A DNA stretch of 64,000 nucleotides from Macrostomum lignano (Eukaryota): assembly GCA_002269645.1 (NCBI GenBank), contig NIVC01003273.1:1-64000 (forward strand), read 5' to 3'. Positions 24,534 to 37,441 of this stretch are shown one piece after another (the stretch's first letter is position 1; each line of letters starts with the position of its first letter). The translations under genes and the position numbers were made by a program. The notes below the pieces were generated by a model. The model had not been told where the DNA came from. It made no database searches and saw nothing but the letters and a program-made list of their open reading frames with translations.

Positions 24534-25046
24534 GTCCATAGTCAGGAAGATGGCATTTTACCTGGAAAATTCTGGCGTACACAGGGAAATTTTGGGCCAA
24601 TTTTGGCATACACAGCGTACCATGGCTTAGAGAAAGTACCCCATGGTGATGGCGTGCAATGGCGTGCCACGACACACAATTGTACACCGCGTCACCATGG
24701 GCGTGATGCCCTGCCCACCCACAATATCCTGAATCCTGATGCATAAAATATATCTTTTTAAAAACTGAAAATTGTATATGCACTATTGTGATTTTTTAGT
24801 GAAAAGGAAAGAAAAAATGTTTTTTCTGGTGCTAATTTTCTTTTGCTAAAGTCATTGAAATTTCAATGCAAATGAAAACTTTGTTAAAGTTTGACTTTTA
24901 TGTTATTTTAAACTTCCATTTTAATACACTTTTACCTTCCTGGTCCATTGGCATACCACTGGGTTCCAATCTTGGCATACATGGCGTACCACTTTTTTAC
25001 CAACTTTTTATTCCAGTGTACCCATGCCATGATCCTGACTATGGGC
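24534..25046. mobile_element. MITE with 21-bp imperfect TIRs
   Basis: GTCCATAGTCAGGAAGATGGC vs the reverse complement of the right end, GCCCATAGTCAGGATCATGGC (18/21); TCAG direct repeat on both sides. Confidence 0.55.
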
Positions 25047-25532
25047 TCAGGTTAGGACTTTTTCAATGTAAGTTAAGGTTGATAAAAAATTAGTATGTAA
25101 TTCTTGTTTTAATTAAAATTTAAAAGAGGTTTTTGAAAGATATTGCAATTTTGAAAGGATCATTATAGGCCTAGGCTAGATTTTTATAGTGTTTATTTTT
25201 AATATTTAAGCTTTATTTTTAAAATTTAGCTTGAAAACAAACAACCATTGCCCATTGTCATTGAAGCATAAGGAATAGAGAATATAATAGTTTAAGATAG
25301 GCCTAGGATATGATTTTGATAAGTTTAGGAGCCTAATAAAGATTTTTTATGGAAATAAGTTTTATAGAGTAGGGTCTAGCCTCTTAGGCAAACCTATTTT
25401 TATAAGTAAAGCTATGTTTTACATTTTATAATTTATGGTCAATGTTTTAAAAGTTTATTTAAGTTTGCTTTTTGTGCCTAAATAATAAATTGGAATTATT
25501 CAAATAGATTCCTTAGCTTAGGCTTAGTTAGC

Positions 25533-25813
25533 CAGGGGCAGATTTAGAGGGGGGGGGCAAAAGGGGAGACTGCCTTTTCCCCTCCAAAAATAGCTTGACC
25601 AAACATATTGCGCCCCCCAAAAGCCTAAATTTGTGCCTTTGAAACGTGATTTTTTGCCCCCAAATGCCTTTTTGCGTCCCTAAGCTTGATTTTTTGCCCT
25701 CTATATGGATTTTTATGCCCCCTTGTTTAAAAATTGGCACTTCTTACACTCATGTTGGCACCCCCAACTTGGACCACCCCCCCCCCTAGAATGAAACTCT
25801 AGATCTGCCACTG
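25533..25813. mobile_element. hAT-like MITE with G/C tracts
   Basis: TIRs CAGGGGCAGATTTAGAG / CTCTAGATCTGCCACTG; the TSD is not clean. Confidence 0.6.
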
Positions 25814-26490
25814 GGCTTATAGCCTATCTAAAATTAAATAGGCCTACCTTATACTATAGATAGCACTGTTGAGTTTAATTATATATTAATTTAAATTTAG
25901 ATTGTTAAATACTGACGAGTTAAAATGTTCATATTTTTATAGTATAGCTAATATGATAAATTCATTAAATAAGATTTTTCAAAATTAAATTTTAAGTAAA
26001 TCAGTTTAATAAGATAAAGAATGATAGTATTAAGAATAAAAATGTTAAAACATTTATTATATTATTGTAAATATTAAATAAATTAAAAAGATTTTTTAGA
26101 TTTCTTTAAATCTTTCTAATAAAAACAAAAATTGAAGATTTTAATATTTGAATGACTTTTTATTTTCTTTTTATATTTTTATATTATATTTTTTATTATA
26201 CTTTTTAATTAGCTTTCTCACAATTGACATATATATATGTTAAAATCTTAAATTATATTGCATGCATATAGTTTATATACCTATAGAGAATGTGGTTAAT
26301 GTATAATTAATTTGTTTTCACCAGTTATTTATAGGTATAAGCAAATAAATAACTATTTGCATTTTATATTTCTTCTTTCTATATTAGTTTATTAGTTCTA
26401 TTATTATTTGTATCATTATTGTTGCCAGATTTTTTATTCTTATTGTTTTTGTTCTCTACTAATATGCTGCCCTCATTGCCTTCATTATAG

Positions 26491-26730
26491 ATGCTCAACT
26501 GGCCCAACTCTCATGGCAAGGTATTTTCCATTGTTCTAGGAGATAGCACTGGCAAAATTAAACTTTTGGTGCTTGGCCAATGTATAACAACTTACTTGGC
26601 AAAAGTGCAAGAAGGGCTTTTCTATCAAAAAAGTGGCAGTGCAAGGATGGCCGAATTGCACTTCTAGCTGCAAATGTATTAGAATTAAGAATGGATGTGG
26701 ACAATGATTTTGATATAAAAATTGCCTACC
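26491..26730 (+). pseudogene. Decayed RPA70-like OB-fold fragment
   Basis: 58-codon ORF 26491-26667, MLNWPNSHGKVFSIVLGDSTGKIKLLVLGQ...GLFYQKSGSARMAELHF, aligns by eye with RPA70 DBD-A as recalled (W.NS.G.GKLFSLELVDESGEIRAT...YYFSKG...ANKQF). It continues after a frameshift as ANVLELRM. Confidence 0.5.
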
Positions 26731-27750
26731 AAGTGGCTGTCAACATACACATTGCATTAAAACCTTTGAAAAGTGAATGACAATGGCTTGAATTGCTGTA
26801 AATGGGAAGTGTTAATGAACTCTTGCTGCATTAAAAACTTTTATTTTAATTTTTCTTTTAGAAGCATTTTCTAATAGGCTGGGATAGCATGGGTCAACCA
26901 TTTGAATAGTGGCTATATCATTGGACTTTTCCAATTATCTCTTAGATAGCATTGCTTGTGGTGTATAGAGATGGCGGTCTATGCTCACCAACTTTGTGAT
27001 TTTTGTATATTTTGTTCGGTTTTTTAACATGTATTTTCACCCCAAAGGTGAATGACTTTTGTTAAAGAAAACTTTTTAACTATGTGGAAAGTTTGTCCTC
27101 ATTGAATGTCATGCTTTCTATACCTACTACTACTAAAGTATGATTAGAATATTTTACCATTGCACTTTTCAAGAGAACATTTGTGCATTTGTTGACCACT
27201 TAACGAAATACTACTTAGTCTTACGAACATGTTTAAAAAGGAATTTTATTATTATGTTTTTAGGGCCATGGTAGGCTTTTCTGTACCGACTAAAATGTTG
27301 AGCAAGCATCATTATTATGCATTTGAAGATAAATTTTTGGATTTTATGAACATCTGCACTATTTTCTAAATATATCCTACTGCTGTCTACTTTTGCCTAA
27401 GCATTTTATTTCTTAATAAGCTTTTATAAACAGAATATTACCTGTTATATCTTACAAGGATTTTTGCAAATCTGTCTTCATAAAACTATATTGCTTCTTG
27501 AAACCCTAGGGCTTAAAATTACAACTCTTAGTCCTAGAAGTGTCTTAGAAATAGAATTCCCCAAAGGGGAGATAATTGGCTAGTTCTAATCTAAAACCAA
27601 CCATACTACTAACCTTTAATGGTTAGAATTGCATCTATACATACAAATTTATTTGCAAAAAATGATTAAACCTTTAAAAGGCTACAAAGTTCATGGGTAT
27701 CTGCAAGAAACAGTTGGCATAAAGATGCTCAGGATTTGCAGGAAATGATT

Positions 27751-28814
27751 TGAGACAGTTGATTTGTTTAGTATGTTCTGTGTGCCTCAATAAAGTTTAT
27801 ATATTCTGCCTATTCCTTCTATAGCTCGTTTTTAACGTTTGAAATATTCTTAAAATAGTTCTAATAATAGTATCATGCTGAATATATATATATTTGCGCT
27901 AATAAGTTCCTATTTTTGCTAACTTACAATCTTCTAACCATTTCGAGATGTAACATTTGTTTATAATTGTCCACCATTTTTTTATTTTTGCTATATAAAG
28001 AAGCTAAATATATGGATAGAGGAGCAACTTGCCTGCATCCTGGCAATCTGACTTACCGCCTTCTAGCTATTAGGCCTTAGTGCCGCCTTGTTCTAAAAAT
28101 AGCTATTGAGTCAGACTTGGTTCTTTAAAGGCAAACAGTCACCCCTCTACCGCTATACTCCTCTCTCTCGAGAGCGTACAACCCCTTCCCTTTCTGGCGA
28201 ATTGCAACCCCCTTCTCATCCTAAGCCGAATAGGCGTACAGCCTCTCCCTACTCCCAGACCCCTCAATTTGATAGAGTGATCAGCCAACTCCCCAACCAG
28301 GCTCTCTGTTTGCCCTGGCTTTAACTCCCACATCAGGCATACTGCCTCCTTATCCCACTAGGCCTATTGCCTAAGTTATCTATCTACTTCCCACATCAGG
28401 CATATTGCCTCCTTACTAAGGCTAAAATTCTAGCCTTCCTTCATTCTCGGATCAAGCATATTGCCTTCTTAATTCCCCATCTGGATACTCCTTGATGCCA
28501 GGCATTCCCTGCTGAATATTAGAGTTCCCCAGTGCGCTAATTTCCTCAGGCAACTCAAGTCCACCGCGAAGCCCTTAATCAACCCCCCCCCACCAAAATA
28601 GCCGGACTTAGTAAAAAAATTAGTGTCTTGCCACTTGGACACACCATGCCACCAGGAGCAACCTATGGCTTACTCCTGTTAGTAATATAAATTGCGCAGT
28701 CCCCCCTTGAATTCTAAGAAAACCCCGAAAATTCCCAATAACCCCCGACACCCCATACGACAAATTGATAGCTAAGTGGTAGGATTTCAGTCAATAGGAA
28801 ATAACCCTAGAACA
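27751..28814 (+). repeat. 5' LTR (1064 bp)
   Basis: Starts TGAGACAG, ends TAGAACA; about 95-96% identical to the 3' LTR by hand count. Confidence 0.95.
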
Positions 28815-28818
28815 AAAT

Positions 28819-28831
28819 TGGTGGCAGCAGT
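28819..28831 (+). promoter_or_regulatory. Primer-binding site, tRNA-Leu-like
   Basis: TGGTGGCAGCAGT, 4 nt after the LTR, compared with TGGTGGCAGCGGT, the complement of the tRNA-Leu 3' end. Confidence 0.75.
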
Positions 28832-28915
28832 AAAAGGATTGGAATCTGGTGAAATGTGCACTTAAACCAACCCAAACTCTAAATCTCCATTTCCTATCCC
28901 TGAAGTACTAGTACA

Positions 28916-31220
28916 ATGGCCGCAGGAATCAACAAAGCCCTAGGACTCCTAGCTGAAGAACTCCGCAACCGCTTAGAATTAGGTCCCCTTAGACATGTGA
29001 AGATTCAGAAGTATGTCCCTAGCCAAGATATCAGAATCTGGCTTACCGCATTTGACCAGCGATGTGAGAACGAAGGCATTGAAGAGGAGAATTGAAAGCA
29101 GGAATTGCTCACTAATTTAGATCTAAGCACTGCATTTGCAGCAGTCCAATGCCCCAACCTCAATGCCCCAATCTGGACATTTTTATTTGTTTTAGCAAGA
29201 CAACAATTAACAAATTGAATGCATGTCTTTTAACTTGGATTTAGTTCAATATATAAGGGATTGTCTGGCTCATTGCCAAACGGCTCCGACACCATTAGCC
29301 CAAGCTTGGCGAATCCCAGACTTGACATTGGTCATTATCTCCTGTACACAGTGCAGATCCACCTGGCGGAGGCAGTAGCGAATGCAATTTTCCAGCTGTT
29401 CCAGACTGTCCGCCGTCCAATTGTGATGGTAAACCTTTTGCTTCAACATCCCCCAGAAGTTCTCAATTGGTTGCAGCTGTGGTACATTGGGAGGATTGAG
29501 CTCCTTGCTGACAAAATTGACACCTTCCTCTTCAAATGTGTCAATGACGTCACGAGCATAGTGACAGCTTGCCAGGTCAGGCCAGAACAGGTAGTTGCCG
29601 TCAGCATGCTGTTCCTTAATAAATGGCAATAGACGCTTATGAATGCACTCTCTTATGTAGATCTCTTTGTTCATTGAGCTGCTGTGGCAGAAGAAGACCT
29701 TGGACATGCCCTTCTTGCTGATGGCCAGCCAGACCAAGACTTTGGCCTCAAATTTCTTGCTTGGGTGAACACCTAACCTCATCAGGTGCATCACCTCGAG
29801 CTGTTGCATAATAGAACCTATTACCAGGGATGACATTGGATGACAGAGAGAAGTACAATTCATCGTCCATGACAATGTCCAGTCCGCCATCATCTCCTGC
29901 CAGCACAGCACGGTAGAGCCTGTCAATCCTCACACGCTGGCGCTCTTTCTGCTCAAACGACACAAATGGCACTTTTTCTTTCTTGTATGCACTCAGTCCC
30001 TGCTTCTTGAGAATCTCGTTGACGTACGGCTGGCTGATATCATATTTGCGTGCAATTTCGCGCTGGGACAGACCCATCCTGGCATCATTTGACATCTTCT
30101 CCATCAAAGTGGCAGTGACCTTGGTAGCTGGTCGTCCTGACCCCTCTTTGCGTAGCACAGAATCTTCTCCAGTTGCTGAGTAGCGATCCAGAATTCCATA
30201 AATGGTTGATCTTGGGACACCAAGCTCAGCAAAATATTTTGTGATTGCATTTTTGCTCAGCCCAGGGTGCTCAATTTTATATTGTACAACTAGTTTACGC
30301 TGCTGCTCTTCATTTAGAGACTGCATCTTAGACGTGGCAGGGCAAACGAGTGAAAAAAAACAACTTAAGTTGTGAGGAAGACCCCCAGTATTGCTCAAAA
30401 GCATCAGCTCAATAAATTCGCCTCGTTAAAGTTTGTCTATGGCAAAAACTAACCATGTCCAGATTTTTACCAATCACCCAGTAATCTCCCCTATGAGGAA
30501 TTCAAGGAAAGACTGATAGAGAGATTCGGAAAGGTAGGAAGCTCCGCCGAATTCTGCGAAGAGTTTTGAAACTGTTGCCAAGGTCGAAATGAATCTACAG
30601 ACAGTTTCGCTGATGCCCTAATTGAATTAGCCTCCCGCGCATTCCTAAATATGGATGCTAAGCAAAGAGAAGAAGAACTGGTTGAGCAGTTCATTAAAGG
30701 TGTGAGAACCCCTCCCGACACCCATGAAAAGCTAATTTTTGCCCAACCTGCTAGTCTCCAAGCCGCCGGTAGAATGTTGCGCAGAATTGAAGCTGCTTAT
30801 CAAATGTCCCACAAAGGAGGAATTAGAGTGACCAAGGATGAGAAAGAGGAGCACAAGGTCAGAACAGATCAGTTGATCATTGACCAGCAGACTAAGATTG
30901 ATCGCCAAGAGAAACTCATCCAGAATTTGCAGAAGCAATTAGCCGAAACAGCGCAATGTGCTCCGCCGTCTCAGGTGTTTCCTTAGTAGCAGTACAGGCA
31001 GCCACCCCCTCAGCAGTACAGGCAGCCAAACCCCCAGCTGTACAGACAGCCACCTCAGCAGCAGTACAGGCCGCAACCTCAGCAGCAGTACAGGCCCCAG
31101 CTGATGAACCAGCCGCCAAGACGTGAACCCCCAAGAAGGAATGAGCATCAGCCCCCTAACCCAAGATATGAGCCGCTGAAGTTTCACAACCCCCGTGACT
31201 CCTAGAAGTCAGGAAACTGA
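28916..31220 (+). pseudogene. Gypsy gag, interrupted by the DD37E transposon and several stop codons
   Basis: ATG at 28916; NLPYEEFKERLIERFG resumes after the insertion; Gln/Pro/Tyr repeats QQYRQPP; ends SGN*. Confidence 0.8.
29170..30481 (-). mobile_element. IS630-Tc1-mariner DD37E transposon nested in gag; one frameshift; one TIR clipped
   Basis: Transposase 30326 to 29270 with a frameshift near 29760. Motifs MDDE, FWPDLASCHY, NPPNVPQLQPIENFW; D-to-E spacing counted as 37. The intact end reads TA|CTGGGTGATTGGTAAAAATCTGGACAT; the other end keeps only AATCTGGACAT. Confidence 0.93.
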
Positions 31221-34200
31221 GAAGCCAAGGTCGAGTTAAGAGGCCACGCCCCTCAGGCCAAAATTTTGCTTACTCTCTGGCCTCCCTATCATTTTGAAAT
31301 GCCCCCCAACCAAAATACCAGCAACCTCCCCAGTACGGTTTCTGCTATCCCTGCAAAACCTCCCATGTACAGCCAATGCCTGTAAATAATGCGTCATTTG
31401 TCTCCCCCAATAATTTTTCACTTCTTGTCTTTGATGATGCTGACGATGCCATGCCAAATGCCCCCCATGACCCCCATATGTACAATTCCCCCCCATGCGA
31501 CCGCCTCTCATGTAACCAATGCGACCAAAGCTCATGTACATCATGCGTCCGCACCCCATGTATCCCATGCGATTGAAGTCAATAATGCTCTATCCAATGC
31601 TGAAACTTGCTCAAGGAAGCGACAAAAGCCAAAACCCAATTCCCCATCCCAAATTGACCTGACTAAGCTAGAAGGCTATGAAGCTATAATTGTCGGCAAT
31701 ATCCAGAAAGAATCGATTGATTTCTTGCTAGACACAAGCGCCAGAAATAATTTCCTGAGCCGCTCAACCTGGTCTAAGCTATTCCGTGCCGATTAAATTC
31801 AAGAAACTAGTAAAAGCATTAGTACATTTGACAGTACCCCAGTCCAATTAGAAGGAGAAGTATCCGCCCAAGTAAAGTTTGGCGATATCCAGATAGAAGT
31901 TGACTTCCTCCTATGCCGACATGACTGTGACAATATCCTAGGTATGGAATTTTTCCTATCCCAATGCGAAAGCATTCAGCTAGCCAAAGGAATGCTAGTG
32001 CTTAACTAAGGTACCTGTATACCCATGCAATATACCCGCCTACCCGTGAAAGTTTGCCGAGTTTATACTCAAGAAAGAACAATCATCCCAGCTAATAGTG
32101 CTCTCCGAATACCCGTGAAATTAGCCAAGAATTGTGAATTGAATTATGGCACTCCCATGACCATTGAAGCCATTGGTGATACTATCCGAACCTGTGATTT
32201 CTCATTAGAAATGGTTCCAACCCTAGTAACTATGAAAGAAGGCAAAGGAATTGTCGAGATTATTAACCGCCACCCAGTAGATGTGAATCTAACTAAAACT
32301 TCCCTAATTGGCCTAGCCAGACCCATGAAAGCCAAAGACTTGACCTATTGGCAAACCCAATCTACCAACCCCCAACCCCCTGCGAAAGTCAACCAGACCC
32401 AATGTACAGAAGATTCATGGATTAATGAAGTGAGCCTTGGCCCTGAATTGGCCTCACACACTTAGTAACCCACGAAATTTCTATTAAAGACCCCATTCTT
32501 GTTAGAATCCCAGCTAAACGCATCCCCCCGCACTTACAAAAGCAAGTTGACACCCAATTAGATGATATGTTAGCCAAAAACCTAATTAGACCCTGTTACT
32601 CAACCTACTCCACCCCCCTAGTAATTGTCCCCAAGAAAGATGGTTCCATTAGAATAGTCAGCGATTCCCGCGTGCTCAACTCAAGAGTTAATTACTACCC
32701 CTACCCCCTCCTCAATATACAGGAGACCTTGTCCCACCTAACTGGTAGCCAATATTTTAGCAGCCTAGATTTAAATTCAGGATACTGGCAAGTCCCCATC
32801 AAAGAAGAAGATAAGCATAGAACCGCCTTCTCCACCCTAACTAGAGGCCAATTTGAATACCAAGTAATGGCCTAAGGACTTTCCAATGCCCTCGGAACCT
32901 TCCAATGCCTAATGAATTTAGTGCTATTAGGAATCCAACACAAGTTCGCCATGTCTTATATAGACGATATAATAGCCTACTCCCAAACTTTTGCCAAACA
33001 TTAAGAGCACCTAAGAGAAGTGTTTAAGCGACTAATTGCCGCAGGTCTAAAGTTGAGACCCAAAAAGTGCAATCTTTTCCATTACGAGTTAAAGTACTTA
33101 GGACACGTGATTGGCCGACAAGGCATTCAAACAGACAAGACGACGATTGAAGCTATCTAAACTCGGCCCCGTCCCAAAAATGTAAAAGAACTATGCAGTT
33201 TTCTTGGCCTATGCAACTATTATTGCCGATTTGTGAAAAATTATGCTGAAGTGGCTTACCCCCTATTTCAATTGACCCGAAAAGGAGTCCAGAATTTCCA
33301 ATCTAAGTGGAGCAAAGTGCATGACGAAGCCTTTGAGTCCCTGAAGCAGCGAATGATGTCTACTGAAGTGTTAGCATACCCCGAATATGTTGAAGATGAG
33401 AATGTGAAGATGGTGCTCGACACAGATGCCAGTGACGACAGGATTGGCGCATGCCTTGGCCAAATCCAGAGTGATGACATAGAGTGACCAATAGCTTACT
33501 TTAGTAGAGCAATGAAGGAATCAGAGAAGCGATACCCCATTACTCGGAAGGAATTGTTAGCCCTTGTCGACGCTATGAGGCATTTCAGATTTTATCTGAT
33601 TGGCAAGAAATTCTTAGCCCAAACTGATCATAAAGCGATAATTTGGCTCATGAGACAAACTGAAGCAACCAGAATCCTAGGTAGATGGATAGAGTGTCTA
33701 AATGAATTCAGGTTCGACATTGAACACAGAAGCGGCGCAAAACATTCTAATGCCGACGGATTGTCAAGAAGACCAGCTGAGATAGCTGAAGCCCCTGAAG
33801 TATCCCATGAAGCAGCCTTTGAACTTGCTGAAACAGCACCTGAAGTTTCTGAAGTCCCTGATGCAGCCCCTGAGTCTGCTGAAGCAATCCTTGAAACCCC
33901 TGAAGCATCTGAAGTAATTCCTGAGAACCCTGAGCCAATCCCTGAGAAAGTTGAGAAGTTGACCCCTGTTCTCTTGAGAGATGAGAGTGCTCCCGCTGAA
34001 ACTAAGGACAACCCCATGTCTTAGTCACTTGAAGCCCTGACAGAAAGCGAGACCCAGACTGAATGTCCCGAATTTAGGACAGTACTGAATGTCTCAGGTA
34101 GAGAAGTAGAAGCAGAAAAAGAAGAGACAGGAAAGTGCGAGAAACTGTTAACTGATTATCTCCCCAGCCCCCTGAAGAAAGAACAAATTCAAGAAGCCCA

Positions 34201-35938
34201 AGCTGCTGACCCCATCATTAAAGCTCTATTAGAAGCCAATAATCAGAAACTGAGCCAACTCCCCAAATCACCGGATGTGCCCGAGAAAATTAGTAAACAC
34301 TTCGAAGCCATGAAAATCGATAATGATCTGTTAACAATTGCCAAAGATGGAAAGAACAAAGTAGTTTTGCCCCCATCCCTAGACAAGGCAGTCTTTGCTG
34401 ACTTACACTGCAGCCCCTTTGCAAGACATCTAGGAAGAGATAAAACGCTCCAAAGAATTAGAGAAAGATTTTGGCGACCCGGACTAAGCACTACAGTCGA
34501 GCAATTAATTGCTGAGTGCATCCCCTGCCTTGAGAGCAAGAAAGGACATTTTGTCCAGGCCCCAGTCCAGTCGTTCCCTATTGGTGAAGCATTCAGCCGC
34601 CTGCATATAGACATTATCGGCTCAATCTCAAAAGAAAGCAAATGAGGTCATAAATAAGTTTTAACAGTTGTTGATAGCACAACTAGATACCCCTTTGCTT
34701 TTTCCATTAGAAACCAAAAATCGGATATAGTCATCAAGATACTACTCGAGCGAATAGTAGCAGAATATGGACAGCCCATCTGGATCCACACAGACAATGG
34801 AAAAACCTTCGCTAGTAAACAATTTAAAGCTTTCTGCGAACTTTATAATATTCGCCACACCTTTACTACCCCATACCATGCCCAATCTAACAGACTAGTA
34901 GAAAGATTTAATAAGCAAGTAAAGTCAATCATCACCTGCCTGATCAATAAGGATCACGGTGATTGGGACTTACTGATTCCCGCAGCCCTAGTAGCCGTTT
35001 GCACCAGCTCCAATGTAACAACAGGATTTTCCCTGCACTTTTTACTATTTGGAAGAGAAGCTACTCTACCCTTAGATACTCAAATTAGAAGCACAGCCGA
35101 ACACACAGATTATCCCGCCTACATTACTAAGCATGCTGAAAGATTAGAAGAAGCCCATAAGATAGTCAAGAAAAAATTAGAAAAGGTAGTAGAGAAAAGA
35201 CAGACTGCCGCTAAAACTAATAAACTTCCCCCCAGAGTCCCCATAGGTTGTTTAGTTTTAATTAATAACCCCCAGTTAGATAGCGAAGAATCCCACAAGT
35301 TTCATCGAAAGAAGAGATCGGCCTTTAGAGTTTTAGCCCAATTATTAGAAGTAGTCTTTAAAGTCCAGAAAGAAGAAGAAGAAATAGTAGGAAAAGAAAT
35401 GCTTGTGCATCGAGACAATTTAGCTCCAATTCCAAATTCAACTACAGAACAAATCATTAAGGAAGGCCAGCAAGACGCCCCTAATTCCGCCCCTGTTCTA
35501 ATTCCCACTCCCGCCTCTACTAAACCAAAGAGACAACCTGTAATTAAGGAAGGCCAACCCCGCCGAAATTCCCAAAAACTAATCTTGCCCAAACCAGTTG
35601 AATCTGAAGAAGAATCCAATGAGGAAGAAATGAATTGGAGATGCCAAATTAGAGACGCAGAGAATGAAGAGGTAGAAGAAGACAATGAAGCTCAGTTACA
35701 AGAATGGAGTGAAGCCCAGACAGAGGAAGAGAATGAAACGACCAATGAGTTAGAGAGTGAGGCCCCGAACGAAGAAATCCCTGAGCCCCAACCCCCCTCT
35801 CCTGCCCTACGAGATCCCGAACCCCCACGCCATCACCCCTACAATTTAAGGCCCCCACCCCAAAATAAACAGCGTTGCAACTGCCATCTAGACAGACTAC
35901 TATTAGCACTAAACCTCTTGCGCAACTTAGAATTTTAG
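31221..35938 (+). pseudogene. Gypsy pol (protease, RT, RNase H, integrase) with many stops and frameshifts
   Basis: FLLDTSA (protease); LDLNSGYWQV and YIDDI (RT); LDTDAS and TDHKAI (RNase H); LHCSPFARHLG...C..C and RLHIDIIG (integrase). Confidence 0.95.
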
Positions 35939-36298
35939 CCCGTCTACACCTTCCTACCCCTTTCTCGCCATCCCCATTCGCCCAACAGACCCAAAATTTT
36001 AGACAAAGAAAGCCCTTGACTAGACCCCTGCTATGCACAAAGAACCCTTTAAAATATCAATCGACAAAGAAATTAGAGCTCAAAGAACGTAGAAAATGAG
36101 GTGGGTTACGAAAACCAAGGGATCCCCTTTGTCTGTGAACAAGAGTCACTAAATATAAGCATTTTAAGCCATTGTGCAACCAGATCCCAAGCCTCCCGCT
36201 CTCCGAATTCCCACTTCTCGAGACCTCCGCAATTAATACTCTCAAGCCCGACTTTTAAAATCCTAAACTATCAGAAAGATATTTACTACCCTGTACTA

Positions 36299-37288
36299 AT
36301 GTACTCCGAGGAAAGCCTTAAACAATTAGAAGACAATTTGCGCCTCAGTGACTCTGATGCCGACGAGTTCGACAACGAATCAGACGATAGTCTACCAATC
36401 CCCGACCGCCAAGCCACCAGGCCAAATAAGCCAGGCCCAAAGCCCAGAATTGCTTCTGTCGTGACCCGTCCACCGCCGTCCACCTCTGACGCCTGCTCGA
36501 CTACAGAGAATCACTCGCCCGCCGCAGATGCCCGCCAGCTGTCGTCCACCACGGACAGTCTGCCAGAAGAACATATCAAATTACTTCGCTGCCATGCTGA
36601 TGCACCCGTCGAGATTTCTCCAGCTGTTGTACAGCGCCAGCCTCCCAACGCCAGGTCAGCCATAGTGCTGTCAACTAGTGAGGCGCCACAACAAACAGTC
36701 CACAAGAGGCTTGGCCCCCGCCCGTCGCCGAAACAGAAAAAGCCCCGCTCCCGATCGCCGCCAAAACAGCAGCCTAAAGAGCGCCCCCTGGTCACCCCGC
36801 CGCCGACGTATGGAGTCAGACCAATGAGCCAGCCTCGCTCTCGCCCAGTTCTGTCAATTAAGATGGAACCACTCGACTCTGGCGTGCCGCCTCTGATGGC
36901 CGGATTTATTTGAACTGGCCAACCGCTGCAAGAGATCGGCGGGAATTTCACCCAGGCAATGGAGAGTCTGCCCGAAGCCCAGCGTGGAGACTTCCGCCAC
37001 ATGATTACAGCAATCAAGCTGTACTTGATCCATGCAGGCAGATTCAGAGATGGTCGAGAGTTTCCGCAGCGCGAAATGCTGCGACCGGTGTTGCTCAATT
37101 TGCGCCAATTGCAGCCAGTGCACGCCGTCGCCGCCTAGAGGTGCGCCGTTTATTATGCGCTGATGGACCTCTACCGAGGTCTGCGCCGCTTCAACAACCA
37201 AAGTCTACAATTCGAGATCCAATGGCTCAGCCATGAGTGCGGCTGGCCGCACCAGAACCGGTTTCCAAGCAAGTTTAATATGATGTAA
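36299..37288 (+). pseudogene. Extra ORF between pol and the 3' LTR (329 codons, 2 in-frame stops), function unknown, not env-like
   Basis: ATG 36299 to TAA 37286-37288 in one frame, with TGA at 36911 and TAG at 37136. Confidence 0.65.
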
Positions 37289-37441
37289 GATTGATAAATG
37301 ACAGACATTTATAACGTTTTATCCGCTTCCAATAATTTTCTCTTGTAAATATACATGTTACTCTATCATTACTCTATTTTTTTATTGTTCTATGTTGAAA
37401 ACTTTCACTATTATTCAATTTTTCAAGCCAGGAAGACCAAT

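Noticed and set aside
36101-37288. env gene of an endogenous retrovirus
   Set aside because: It has no signal peptide, furin/fusion peptide or transmembrane segment.
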